Shown here: positions 1 to 8,686 of the stretch, piece after piece
Position numbering within the stretch: the stretch's first letter is position 1
Layout of the letters: each line of letters opens with the position of its first letter
Virus record (IMG/VR): IMGVR_UViG_3300035659_000022
Coordinates: 1-51,792 of that record
Length of the DNA: 51,792 nt
Source of the DNA: a virus
Taxonomy: Duplodnaviria > Caudoviricetes
Direction: 5' to 3' (one strand)
Made by a program: the position numbers and the translations under genes
The notes under the pieces: model-generated
Database searches by the model: none
The model's input: the letters and a program-made list of their open reading frames with translations, nothing else
What the model was told of the DNA's origin: nothing

Positions 1-77
1 TCCCCTTAACCACTACGACTTACTAGTGTATACCTCGTCGATTGAACACATGACTCCTGATAGGGGTAAACAGTCAC
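1..77. repeat. Terminal direct repeat (77 bp), left copy; assembly overlap of a circular contig
   Basis: 1-77 is identical to 51716-51792, and the reading frame runs through the junction. Confidence 0.95.
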
Positions 78-421
78 TTGTGGAAGCTCGCAAGGTCGCG
101 AGGAAGGGTGCAACGCTTTTTCTATCCTGCCCCGTCACCCCCGAGGGTCAGGACGGCTACAATACACAATATTCTGCTCATGTGTACGAGTGGAAGAGGT
201 CAGAAATCGAACAAGGGTTGAAAGACACCGATTGGCAACTGGAGGAAGCCTATGGATTACTCGTTAACAAATGTGACCTATTACCCCGTTTGACTAGTGA
301 ACTGCGCCGCGCCTTCGAGAGGCAGGCCGAATATATTCCCTGGGAATGGCTGATGCCCATTTGGGCGAGCCAGTTTCCAGAGGTCGCCAAAGAAGTGGCG
401 TACACTGCAAAAGCATTGTAA
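1..421 (+). CDS. Class I SAM-dependent methyltransferase, C-terminal part
   Basis: SSIEHM...KGATLFLSCP...HVYEW is typical of the C-terminal half of a Methyltransf_11/25-type fold; in frame with 51366. Confidence 0.8.
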   Translation, partial: PLNHYDLLVYTSSIEHMTPDRGKQSLVEARKVARKGATLFLSCPVTPEGQDGYNTQYSAHVYEWKRSEIEQGLKDTDWQLEEAYGLLVNKCDLLPRLTSELRRAFERQAEYIPWEWLMPIWASQFPEVAKEVAYTAKAL

Positions 422-431
422 GGAGATCAAA

Positions 432-815
432 ATGCCTACATTCAAGCAAGTAAACCCAGATGAAATTGAGCTGCTACGAGGTAGGGCTAGAGGTCGCGTT
501 TCCTACCCTATTATCAAGGGGTTCTTAGAAACTGGCTTCTACATCGCTCAGGTTGATCTATCCGATACCACGCGGAAGGCGCCGACGATGCATGTACTAT
601 TGAAGTCCTATGTCCAAAACCACGACACACCTGTCAAGCCCCTCCTACGTCGCAATACCCTCTACCTAATGCGCCTCGATGTTGACAAAGAAGGCAATCC
701 AGTTCCGAATTGGCGTGCCATTCGCGATGCGGACATTGAGGGTGAGGTTACGGATGCCGGCGTAACCGAAATAATCGCCAAGCCCGTTGTGGAAAAAGGG
801 GCTAAGGCAAAATGA
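432..815 (+). CDS. Hypothetical protein inside the deazaguanine cluster
   Basis: AGGAG RBS and ATG; overlaps the queE start (ATGA). Confidence 0.7.
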   Translation: MPTFKQVNPDEIELLRGRARGRVSYPIIKGFLETGFYIAQVDLSDTTRKAPTMHVLLKSYVQNHDTPVKPLLRRNTLYLMRLDVDKEGNPVPNWRAIRDADIEGEVTDAGVTEIIAKPVVEKGAKAK

Positions 816-1456
816 GCACTAACTACCAGGTAAACGAGATATTCCAAAGCATCCAAGGCGAGGGGGTCCTCGCTGGCATACCCGCAACCTTCATCCGTCT
901 GCAAGGCTGTAATGTTGGCTGCAACTTCTGTGACACCAAGTACACGTGGAAGGCTGGCGGCAAGTCCATGACGGTCGACGAGGTCATCGTCGCATGCAAG
1001 CCCCTTAGACCGTTGGTGGTCGTGACAGGCGGCGAACCTACGTTGTACGACCTCGACGAACTGTTTGTCGAGCTCCGTGACGCAGGTCAGACTCTGTGGA
1101 GCCATGACTTCCGCATCCAACTCGAGACGTCGGGACAGAACTCCTTGAGGGGTGCTCGCACTCCGGACTTCATAACCTGGTCTCCGAAGGCTAACCTCAA
1201 GTATGACGCTCCGAAAGACATCAAGGCCCAGGCCTTTGAGGTTAAGTGGGTTGTGGACGACATTCTCGACCTGCACCTCGTCGAAATAGTCATGCAGGAG
1301 GTCAACGCGGTTTCGGCGCGAAACCCCATATGCGTCTTGATGCCGGAAGGCTGTCCACCTACACAGGAACACGCGCTGAAGGCGGTATCTTGGCTAAGCA
1401 AACACTCAGACTGGCGTTACGGCGACCGCCTACAATTCCGAATTGGGGTAAAGTAA
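812..1456 (+). CDS. queE: 7-carboxy-7-deazaguanine synthase (radical SAM)
   Basis: EIFQSIQGEG, FIRLQGCNVGCNFCDT (CxxxCxxC), TGGEP, ETSG, SPK. Confidence 0.93.
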   Translation: MSTNYQVNEIFQSIQGEGVLAGIPATFIRLQGCNVGCNFCDTKYTWKAGGKSMTVDEVIVACKPLRPLVVVTGGEPTLYDLDELFVELRDAGQTLWSHDFRIQLETSGQNSLRGARTPDFITWSPKANLKYDAPKDIKAQAFEVKWVVDDILDLHLVEIVMQEVNAVSARNPICVLMPEGCPPTQEHALKAVSWLSKHSDWRYGDRLQFRIGVK

Positions 1457-1457
1457 C

Positions 1458-2036
1458 ATGACAACAAAACCAAAACCCCGCACGGACGCCATTGACGAAA
1501 GTGGTATGACGGATATCCTCTCTCGCATATTCGGCGAAAATGTTTGGGACGACGACGTAAGTCAAACCGCAAAGCGCTGGTTGAAAGCAATGCAAGAGTT
1601 CACCCCACAGAAGACTATGCCCTTTAAGTTCACCGTGTTCCCTGCATCCGTCAACCAGTTGATCGTCGTGTGTGGTATCCAATTTGCAAGCCTATGTGCC
1701 CATCACCTATTCCCATTCGTTGGCGAGTGCCATGTGGGATACATCCCAAATAGGAAGCAGGTCGGTCTAAGTAAGATCCCTCGCTTAGTACACTGGTTTG
1801 CGACGCAGCCTCAATCTCAAGAAAAGCTAACGTCAGACATCGCTACCTTTCTCAAGCATGAACTCGAGGCGATGGGAGTCGCGGTTGTTATCGAAGCGAC
1901 TCATACTTGTATGTCAGCTCGCGGTGTACGCGAGCATAACGGTATCATGCGGACTTCCGAAATGCGTGGACTATTTTTAACCGCTTCTGAGGCCCGCAAT
2001 GAATTCCTTACTTTGATCGGGAGGTCAACAAAATGA
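1458..2036 (+). CDS. folE: GTP cyclohydrolase I
   Basis: SLCAHHLFPF, GLSKIPR, QE, HTCMSARG (Zn ligands C/H/C). Confidence 0.95.
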   Translation: MTTKPKPRTDAIDESGMTDILSRIFGENVWDDDVSQTAKRWLKAMQEFTPQKTMPFKFTVFPASVNQLIVVCGIQFASLCAHHLFPFVGECHVGYIPNRKQVGLSKIPRLVHWFATQPQSQEKLTSDIATFLKHELEAMGVAVVIEATHTCMSARGVREHNGIMRTSEMRGLFLTASEARNEFLTLIGRSTK

Positions 2037-2323
2037 CTAAGCCTCTGAGTGTAAGAGCGGCACTACAAACGGTTATGGATCAAGTTGACTACACCTCTGG
2101 CGCTTGCAGAGTAACCGAAATGGTTGGCGCTGTCTTATCCAAAGACGTAATCGAGCTTGCCAAAGAAGCCATTCGGGCAGCGTCCGACAACGCCCTCCAA
2201 GTTTGCCAACTACTACTTCGGTTTGCTGATAGTAAATATGATGAACAGGAAGCCAGCGACGCAGGTGATATCCTTGCCGAGGCTATTAACCTTGCTCGTG
2301 AAGTCTTAAAGGAGCCCAAATGA
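2033..2323 (+). CDS. Hypothetical protein
   Basis: Coupled by ATGA overlaps to folE and to the next gene. Confidence 0.65.
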   Translation: MTKPLSVRAALQTVMDQVDYTSGACRVTEMVGAVLSKDVIELAKEAIRAASDNALQVCQLLLRFADSKYDEQEASDAGDILAEAINLAREVLKEPK

Positions 2324-3057
2324 AACTGATGGTGATAGCACCCCCGAATGCGTTGAGTGTACTGACTACTATGCGGTTGAGCGCACATCTCGTTCTTGCT
2401 CAGCATGTGCAGGATCCTATCTATAGGGCTTTCTACCAATCGGCACAGCGTCGTGGCGCTTTCATTATGCTTGACAACGGCGCAGGGGAGCTAGGCCGCT
2501 CACTCCCAATTGCGGACCTCGTCGAAGCGGCCAATGAGGTGCATGCAGACGAAATCACCTTACCCGACGTACTCGGCGATGCTGATGCTACACTCAGCGC
2601 AACGAGGGCCGCCATGCCTGACGTACCTAGAAAAGCCCGAGCTGTATGCCCTCATGGTACTACCTGGGACGAGTGGGAGGCATGTGCATACGCAATGGTA
2701 CAATGGGGCTGTGCAACCATTTGTATAGGCCGCTACGACAACCTTCCTGGAGGGCGTATCCCAGCACTTGCAATAATCCTTAAAAACAATTGGCAATGGA
2801 CACATCATATTCACTTGTTCGGTTGTTCCGAGCCGCCACTCGCGGAGACTCGTCGTGAGCTTGCAGCCGCACCGTGGATTCGTTCGATGGACACAGGAGC
2901 AGCGGTAGCCTTCGCCCAAGAAGACTGCCTTATTAACGATGGTGCTGGACACGCTTCATTGAAATGGGGGGCACCTTTCAACTCTCGGTATACCGAGCAA
3001 AACATCGACCTGTTACTTGACATCTGTAATGGAGAGCGACCTTGCATGTTACATTGA
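2320..3057 (+). CDS. dpdA: TGT-fold 7-deazaguanine DNA transglycosylase, DpdA-like (divergent)
   Basis: TGT-family motifs in order: IMLDNGA (DSGG-like Asp), LPDVLGD, PHG (QG-like), HIHLFG, RSMDTG (second catalytic Asp); adjacent to folE and queE. Confidence 0.7.
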   Translation: MKLMVIAPPNALSVLTTMRLSAHLVLAQHVQDPIYRAFYQSAQRRGAFIMLDNGAGELGRSLPIADLVEAANEVHADEITLPDVLGDADATLSATRAAMPDVPRKARAVCPHGTTWDEWEACAYAMVQWGCATICIGRYDNLPGGRIPALAIILKNNWQWTHHIHLFGCSEPPLAETRRELAAAPWIRSMDTGAAVAFAQEDCLINDGAGHASLKWGAPFNSRYTEQNIDLLLDICNGERPCMLH

Positions 3058-3281
3058 AAAATCAAACCACGAAAGAAGTCGAAGGTGTCCTTTGTGTTAA
3101 TAGGGAAACACATACCTGCATCATACTACAAGCGGACGTGGATAGGTTGGAAGACTTGGTAGCAATTGCCCGAGCGATGAAAGTTCCTAACGTGCAGCTA
3201 ATAGTACCCAAAGCTGCAGTTAAGGAGCTCGAAGCCTACGGTTGGGCGCCCATACCTGACTTGGTAGTGGTAACAAAATGA
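3042..3281 (+). CDS. Hypothetical protein
   Basis: Fills the operon gap with coupled overlaps; start uncertain. Confidence 0.55.
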   Translation: MHVTLKNQTTKEVEGVLCVNRETHTCIILQADVDRLEDLVAIARAMKVPNVQLIVPKAAVKELEAYGWAPIPDLVVVTK

Positions 3282-3487
3282 AAAAGAAGCCGCCTGTCAC
3301 GAGCGAGAAGGTTAAAAACGCTTATCGTATTATTTGTGCGCATTCAGGAATTACTAAAGCAGCCCTGTGCAAGGAGCTCGGTATTCGCTCGCAAAATTTG
3401 GATGGGCTGCTAGCAGGATTGGAAAGGGCAAACATGCTCGTCTCCGAAGCGTACGGCGCTTACTACAAGTTTGAGGCTAAACCATGA
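3278..3487 (+). CDS. Small winged-helix DNA-binding protein
   Basis: GITKAALCKELGIRSQNLDGLLAGLERANML resembles a MarR/wHTH pattern; coupled to the polymerase. Confidence 0.55.
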   Translation: MKKKPPVTSEKVKNAYRIICAHSGITKAALCKELGIRSQNLDGLLAGLERANMLVSEAYGAYYKFEAKP

Positions 3488-6400
3488 AACCTAAAGCACC
3501 GTTTGCGGAATGCAACCTGTGTACATTGAAGAGTGAGCCCTTTGTGCCTTCTAGCGGTAAGTTCGACGCAGCTCTTGTTTGCGTCGGAGAGGCCCCAGGA
3601 GGTGTGGAAGTAGAACAAGGGAAGCCTTTCGTTGGCCCTAGCGGACAGCTTCTCGACGCGGCCGTAGCACAGGCTCAAGGAAACCCTCTCGATTCTTTTC
3701 GGACAAATGCGGTACTATGTCGTCCGCCGGGTAATCGCGATCCTTCGCAAACGGAGATTGCGTGCTGCAATCAACGGCTAGTACAAGAGCTTCTCCAAAC
3801 CAAGGTACCTATTCTCTTGCTTGGGAAGGTCGCTTGCGAGGCGCTCGGTGTAGATGCTGGTCAGCAAGGTGCGTGGTTACAATGGCAGGGACACTGGGTG
3901 ATACCAGCTTGGCATCCTGCATACGTTTTACGCAAGGCAGACGAAGCATCGGTGTTCCTAAAAGAAGTTGAGTCTGCTATACAAGGCCCGGAAAAAAGGC
4001 GAGAGTTCCACCCTAAAGTCGTTTGGGCAGAGTCCGCCGAGAACTTGAAGGTGCTGTTGGACGAATGTCCCGACGGCGCATGGGTGTCTTTCGACCTAGA
4101 AACCGATCAGGTTCAGTGGTACGATACGCCAGAAGTACCTCGGGACGCGATACTTATGTTGCAGCTCGCTTGGTGTGAGGACTTCGGTATAGTGGTCTCA
4201 GACGAACTACTTTACGACAATCCGAAGGTTCCTGAAATCCTACGGGAGTTCTTTGCTCGGGTGAAGACGGTAGGACAGAATGCAAAATTCGATTGTATAT
4301 TCCTACGAAGCCATTTAGGTATCGCACCGTTCCTAGACTTCGACACGATGCTAGCCCAATATTGCGTATCACCTTTGACCCCGGTACTAAAGACCGACCT
4401 GACTTGGGTGCCTGCGGACTCCTTGGCACCTGGCGACGAACTGGTAGCTTTTCAAGTGCAGGATACCTCTCAGGCCCTACCGGCTGTAGTAGTCGCCACC
4501 AAAAAGCAGGAAGCCGAATGCTACGAAGTTGTAACCACTGAAGGGACGGTAGTATGCAGTAAAGGCCATCGCTGGCCCTGCCATATCAATCATCAAGGTT
4601 ATGTGCACTATCAGACAACAGAGCAGTTAGCACGCTCTAGGGGGCAACGAGACCTAATGTACTTCTGCGCTCCCTGGGAGGTAGACGTTACCTACGAGGG
4701 AGGCTACATTGCAGGCATACTTGATGGTGAGGGCTCCCTGGGCTGCGCCAACGGGGGCAAGAAGGCGGGGACGCAAGCCTACGACGTAAGCATCTCCCAA
4801 AACCCGGGTGTTGTACTTGACCGTGTTTCGGCTATTCTGGAGCGGAAGGGATTCAAAACGCGCCTTAGTAAGCTTGGCGATGGCTTGTGCATGCAGCTCC
4901 ATTTTCGGGGAGCTCGTGAGGGCTTACGAGCTTTGGGTACTTTCCGTCCTGTCCGTCTATTACCGAAGGCTCGGCAACTATGGGAGGGTAGACGTAAACA
5001 CCGAAAAGCTTCTATCCTGGCAATCAACTACCTTGGTATTCGGGAAGTAATCGGTATCGAGACTACTACTGGTACCTTTATCGCGAACGGGTTTTTGAGT
5101 CATAATTGTCTTGATGAGACAATGCCTTTAGGGCTGAAGAAAATGGCAACCCTGGAGTTCGGCATTCCTGATTACGAGCCGGAGCTGGTTACGCAGTATC
5201 TAACCTCCCGGAATGACCGGTATTCAAAAGTCCCTCCCGATAAGTTGGCACAGTATGGGGTTTTAGATGTTGTAGTCACACTTGCACTACGTGAGGTCCT
5301 CGAGAAAAGACTCCGCGACGCGGGGCAGTATGAATCGCCGTTTATGAATATCATTATGCCTGCATCTCGCATGCTCGAGAACGCAGAGCTCCGGGGGTTG
5401 TTAGTAGACAACAACGCACTCGAGACAGCCGGTGAGCGGTTTCAAAAACTCATTGCCGAGAAGGCTGCAGCCCTTAGGGAGTGCGTAGAAGAGCCCGACT
5501 TGAATCCTAATGCTCCAACACAAGTGGCTGCAGTACTCTACGATAAACTAAAGCTCCCGATGCCGCACGGCTACAAGATACAACCTCGGTCGACGGGAGC
5601 TCCCGCTCTCGATCAGCTAAAAGGACTCCACCCGGTGATTCAACTTTTGGAGGAGTATCGTAGAGTTGCGAAGCTGTACTCCTCCTACGTTAAGAATGTT
5701 GTAGCGTTTCGCGATAATCAAGGTCGCGTACATGCCCGCTTTTTGATTCAGGGGACGGAGGTTGGAAGGTTGGCTGTCCGCGATCCTGCTTTGCAAACTA
5801 TCAGTCGCCCGGATGATGAGTATGGTGGAATGGTTCGTAGTATGTACGTTGCAGCTCCCGGAAAGGTACTTGTCATTGCAGACTACAGTCAAGCTGAACT
5901 GCGGGTATTAGCTGCATACAGTAAAGAGCCTTTCCTTCTGGACGTCTATGCTCGCGATCGTGACCTACACGAAGAAGTTGCCTTGGTAATGTTTGGACCC
6001 CAGCGTACCAAGGCGCAGCGGGCGATATGCAAAATGTTCAACTTTGCCTATGTCTACGGCGGCACGATATATTCGTTTGCGGAAGAGTTGGGATTGCCGT
6101 TGGAAACAGCTCGCCAGTTTGTACGCAAGTATGACGAGAATATGCCTGTAGCGCTCGCGTGGAAAAAGGAGCAGTTTGTCAAAGCGCAGGCGGATGGGTA
6201 TGTCGAAACAATCTTTAGGCGGCGTCGGCACTTTCCACTCATAACCAACGACAACATAAAGGATGTGCGAAAGGCTAGTGTACATATGGTGGTTGCGGGA
6301 ACTGCTAGCGATCTCACGCTAAGGTCTTGCATCGAGCTTGAGGCCTTAGGGATACCCGTAGTACTTACGGTACATGATAGCGTTATGGCCGAAGTGGATG

Positions 6401-6585
6401 AGGAGACTGCTAAGGCCGTTGGTGAGCGGATGCACAAAGTGCTGATGGGGATGGGAGAAAGGTATTTGCCGGAGGTGCTGTGGAAAGTGGATGTTGAGAT
6501 CAGGCGTAGGTGGTACGGAGATGATTACTTGACCTTAGAGGATGGAGAGTGGGTGGAGCATGAGACTAAAGGAGTTATTGGATGA
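3484..6585 (+). CDS. polA: Family A DNA polymerase with N-terminal family-4 uracil-DNA glycosylase domain, 3'-5' exonuclease and an intein
   Basis: UDG: CxxC, GEAPG, LCRPPGNR, HPAY. Exo: FDLET, QNAKFD, YGVLD. Pol: ADYSQAELR (motif A), KMFNFAYVYG (motif B), TVHDS (motif C). Confidence 0.93.
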   Translation: MKPKAPFAECNLCTLKSEPFVPSSGKFDAALVCVGEAPGGVEVEQGKPFVGPSGQLLDAAVAQAQGNPLDSFRTNAVLCRPPGNRDPSQTEIACCNQRLVQELLQTKVPILLLGKVACEALGVDAGQQGAWLQWQGHWVIPAWHPAYVLRKADEASVFLKEVESAIQGPEKRREFHPKVVWAESAENLKVLLDECPDGAWVSFDLETDQVQWYDTPEVPRDAILMLQLAWCEDFGIVVSDELLYDNPKVPEILREFFARVKTVGQNAKFDCIFLRSHLGIAPFLDFDTMLAQYCVSPLTPVLKTDLTWVPADSLAPGDELVAFQVQDTSQALPAVVVATKKQEAECYEVVTTEGTVVCSKGHRWPCHINHQGYVHYQTTEQLARSRGQRDLMYFCAPWEVDVTYEGGYIAGILDGEGSLGCANGGKKAGTQAYDVSISQNPGVVLDRVSAILERKGFKTRLSKLGDGLCMQLHFRGAREGLRALGTFRPVRLLPKARQLWEGRRKHRKASILAINYLGIREVIGIETTTGTFIANGFLSHNCLDETMPLGLKKMATLEFGIPDYEPELVTQYLTSRNDRYSKVPPDKLAQYGVLDVVVTLALREVLEKRLRDAGQYESPFMNIIMPASRMLENAELRGLLVDNNALETAGERFQKLIAEKAAALRECVEEPDLNPNAPTQVAAVLYDKLKLPMPHGYKIQPRSTGAPALDQLKGLHPVIQLLEEYRRVAKLYSSYVKNVVAFRDNQGRVHARFLIQGTEVGRLAVRDPALQTISRPDDEYGGMVRSMYVAAPGKVLVIADYSQAELRVLAAYSKEPFLLDVYARDRDLHEEVALVMFGPQRTKAQRAICKMFNFAYVYGGTIYSFAEELGLPLETARQFVRKYDENMPVALAWKKEQFVKAQADGYVETIFRRRRHFPLITNDNIKDVRKASVHMVVAGTASDLTLRSCIELEALGIPVVLTVHDSVMAEVDEETAKAVGERMHKVLMGMGERYLPEVLWKVDVEIRRRWYGDDYLTLEDGEWVEHETKGVIG
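4363..5106 (+). mobile_element. Intein (248 aa) with a LAGLIDADG-type endonuclease motif, inside the polymerase exonuclease domain
   Basis: Begins CVSPLTPV, block B-like CSKGHRW, YIAGILDGEGS, ends FIANGFLSHN followed by Cys; removal restores DTMLAQY-CLDETMPLGLK. Confidence 0.9.
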
Positions 6586-7007
6586 TTACCCTAGAGGAGT
6601 TGGTTGAAGAACGAAAACAAAAGGCGAAGGCTCGTTCAAAGCGCCAGCGGGATAACATGTCCGGGGAGCAGAAGCGGAAGGATCGGGCAACGAAGAAGCG
6701 GTACCTCGCGACACCTAAGGGAAAGGCGGTAGTCCGCACTGCTATGAGGCGACAGCATACCAAGCGAAGGGCCTTCCTACGTGAATACAAAGCAGCCCGA
6801 GGATGTCTGCGGTGTGGTGAGCATAATTGGGTTGTGTTAGAACTGCATCATAGAGACCCCGGTGAGAAAGAGCTTACCAGCACACAGTTTGCTTGTGTGG
6901 GCACTGAGAAATTGGAAAAAGAGCTAGCGAAATGTGATGTCCTTTGTGCTAACTGCCACCTCATTGTTGAAGCCGAAAGGCGTCAAGTTAAGGAAGATGA
7001 AAAGTGA
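6582..7007 (+). CDS. HNH endonuclease
   Basis: CLRCG...LELHHRD...CDVLCANCH; paralog of 47047..47400. Confidence 0.85.
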   Translation: MITLEELVEERKQKAKARSKRQRDNMSGEQKRKDRATKKRYLATPKGKAVVRTAMRRQHTKRRAFLREYKAARGCLRCGEHNWVVLELHHRDPGEKELTSTQFACVGTEKLEKELAKCDVLCANCHLIVEAERRQVKEDEK

Positions 7008-7279
7008 CTAGGCCGGCGCTACGCGATGCTACCGAAATAGTACTTGCACATGGGCGGGCTTATTTGTATCGTGCCAAATACCCACAGCTAGTAGTGTTCA
7101 CTAGGTATGTTTCTGAGCTTGACTTGCTTGTACGTACATTTGGGGGGCACACGTATAAGCACTTAGCTGGGTACGTTTGGCAGCTGAGTGCCAAAGCGGG
7201 GCTTGCTGCACTGCTTGAGAAGGTGAAACCGCACCTACCCTCGGAGACCGGTTTCGAACACGTGTTAGACAAAAAGTGA
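7004..7279 (+). CDS. Possible degenerate LAGLIDADG-like protein
   Basis: FGG...YVWQLS...LLEKVKPHL resembles the C-terminal part of single-motif LAGLIDADG endonucleases, but the catalytic motif is not recognisable. Confidence 0.45.
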   Translation: MTRPALRDATEIVLAHGRAYLYRAKYPQLVVFTRYVSELDLLVRTFGGHTYKHLAGYVWQLSAKAGLAALLEKVKPHLPSETGFEHVLDKK

Positions 7280-7306
7280 CCCCGCACCTCCTCTAAAGTG
7301 CGGGGT
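7279..7306. terminator. Hairpin between the convergent plus and minus arms
   Basis: ACCCCGCAC-N10-GTGCGGGGT. Confidence 0.7.
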
Positions 7307-7324
7307 TGTGTCGATGACGCGAGA

Positions 7325-7675
7325 CTAGCTGAGCTTCTTCCCGAGCAGGGGAATACTGCCTGAGCTCAACGCCTTATGGAATAGCGGAGCAGCGGCAATC
7401 TGTGTAATGAAGCCCAAGATGAACGTCAGGATGGTAGCAATCTTGAGGGCGGCCTCGTTTAGGAATGCGGGGGTCAAGTCTGGTTTGAAGATACCCAGGA
7501 CCGCAACGGTGATGAACATCACCAAGCCAAGGCCTGAGGCCCAGTATGCTGACGCGCCTTCCTTAATCACGCCGAAGACCTTCAGGATGTTCACGATAAC
7601 CGCCACGAGAGCGGCGACTCCCAATAGGGAGACAAACTGGACGGTAAGTCCGACGAGCATGTCTAACATATTCAT
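7325..7675 (-). CDS. Holin-like membrane protein
   Basis: Three hydrophobic segments and a basic C-terminus; last gene of the late operon. Confidence 0.6.
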   Translation of the reverse strand: MNMLDMLVGLTVQFVSLLGVAALVAVIVNILKVFGVIKEGASAYWASGLGLVMFITVAVLGIFKPDLTPAFLNEAALKIATILTFILGFITQIAAAPLFHKALSSGSIPLLGKKLS

Positions 7676-7725
7676 AGTTCTCCTTTCGAACGGCTCTGTT
7701 GAATGACAGAACCGGAGTTACCGTA

Positions 7726-8382
7726 TTACGGCTCGAAGGTCACGTTACCCAAAAACCATGATCTGAGATCTGTTGGCTCTCTGTTAATCTGCCCCGGCGG
7801 TAATTTTGATACTGTCACTCCGTAAACAACAGATGCGCCCCACCGAACGGCTGTGTTGTAATCCACCTCTACCACTATCTTCATGTAGACGACCATGCCA
7901 TATATATCTGCCGGTCGTGCACAGTCCATCACGTAGAAGGGACCCTCATAGTCGCCAAGAGGTCGGCGCAACCAAACAGAGTCTCCAATATCAGCGCAAA
8001 ACATCAGGGCTACAGCCCCAACATACTCACTGCCGTAGTAGCGGCCTGTGTTATCGGCTACAAGCTCCATCATACCGGGACCGTAAGAGTCTGCTACACC
8101 AACAACTAAATCGGGCATTGATAGACTCAGAGTATCATAGGACACCATACCAGGGATCCAATATTTGCCGTGCCAAAAATACCCACCACTTGCAGGGGTT
8201 GGAGACGAAGGTGTCGCTGTCGGTGTTCGGCTAGGAACGGTCGTAGCAGTCGGCGGTTTGTGGGTAGGAGTAGGCGATACCGTAGCCGTAATAACGACTG
8301 GTGTGCCAGTGAGCTGCGTTGGTGTTACTTTTGTACAAGTAGCTAGCAGCAATAGTAGGGCGATTAGCGATGCTCTTCTCAT
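7726..8382 (-). CDS. Exported or lipoprotein with Pro/Thr linker and a putative double-psi beta-barrel (RlpA/expansin-like) domain; candidate lysis enzyme
   Basis: Signal peptide MRRASLIALLLLLATC, TP-rich linker, VAL...IGDSVWL...GPFYVMDC...EVD; located between two membrane proteins. Confidence 0.45.
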   Translation of the reverse strand: MRRASLIALLLLLATCTKVTPTQLTGTPVVITATVSPTPTHKPPTATTVPSRTPTATPSSPTPASGGYFWHGKYWIPGMVSYDTLSLSMPDLVVGVADSYGPGMMELVADNTGRYYGSEYVGAVALMFCADIGDSVWLRRPLGDYEGPFYVMDCARPADIYGMVVYMKIVVEVDYNTAVRWGASVVYGVTVSKLPPGQINREPTDLRSWFLGNVTFEP

Positions 8383-8406
8383 TTTGCCTCGATGGGTCTA
8401 GTCATA

Positions 8407-8676
8407 TTATTGTCGGCTCCCGAACCAGCCAGCGATGCTTGAAAACACCGCTGAAATTATTACGGCAATCGCTCCAACTATTCGGTCAGAACGTCCCAGA
8501 TCTCGACGCAATGTATCGACGCGCTCATTAGATGTTGCCATGTACTTGACAACATCTAATTGCCAGCTAGCAATGCCCTCTTGGTTCGCCACGATCTGAG
8601 CCAGGCGGGAATTAATAGCCCTTAACTCTGCGGCGACTTCTCCAGCCCGGAAACGACTATTTGTTTGCTCAGCCAT
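8407..8676 (-). CDS. Coiled-coil protein with a single C-terminal TM helix (lysis accessory or holin-like)
   Basis: AAGGAG RBS before ATG 8676; C-terminal IVGAIAVIISAVFSSIAGWF. Confidence 0.6.
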   Translation of the reverse strand: MAEQTNSRFRAGEVAAELRAINSRLAQIVANQEGIASWQLDVVKYMATSNERVDTLRRDLGRSDRIVGAIAVIISAVFSSIAGWFGSRQ

Positions 8677-8686
8677 GTTGTCTCCT

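Noticed and set aside
1-77. Terminal repeat as a biological DTR or attachment site
   Set aside because: It falls mid-gene and 77 nt is a common assembler k-mer length, so it is most likely an assembly overlap.
662-1401. Minus-strand ORFs overlapping queE (and similar nested antisense ORFs elsewhere)
   Set aside because: They overlap well-supported genes on the opposite strand and have no motifs or RBS.
812-3057. Cluster as auxiliary queuosine-tRNA or folate biosynthesis genes
   Set aside because: No queC, queF, queA or tRNA genes, and the TGT-like protein lacks the Zn site of tRNA TGTs; its position beside the DNA polymerase favours DNA modification.
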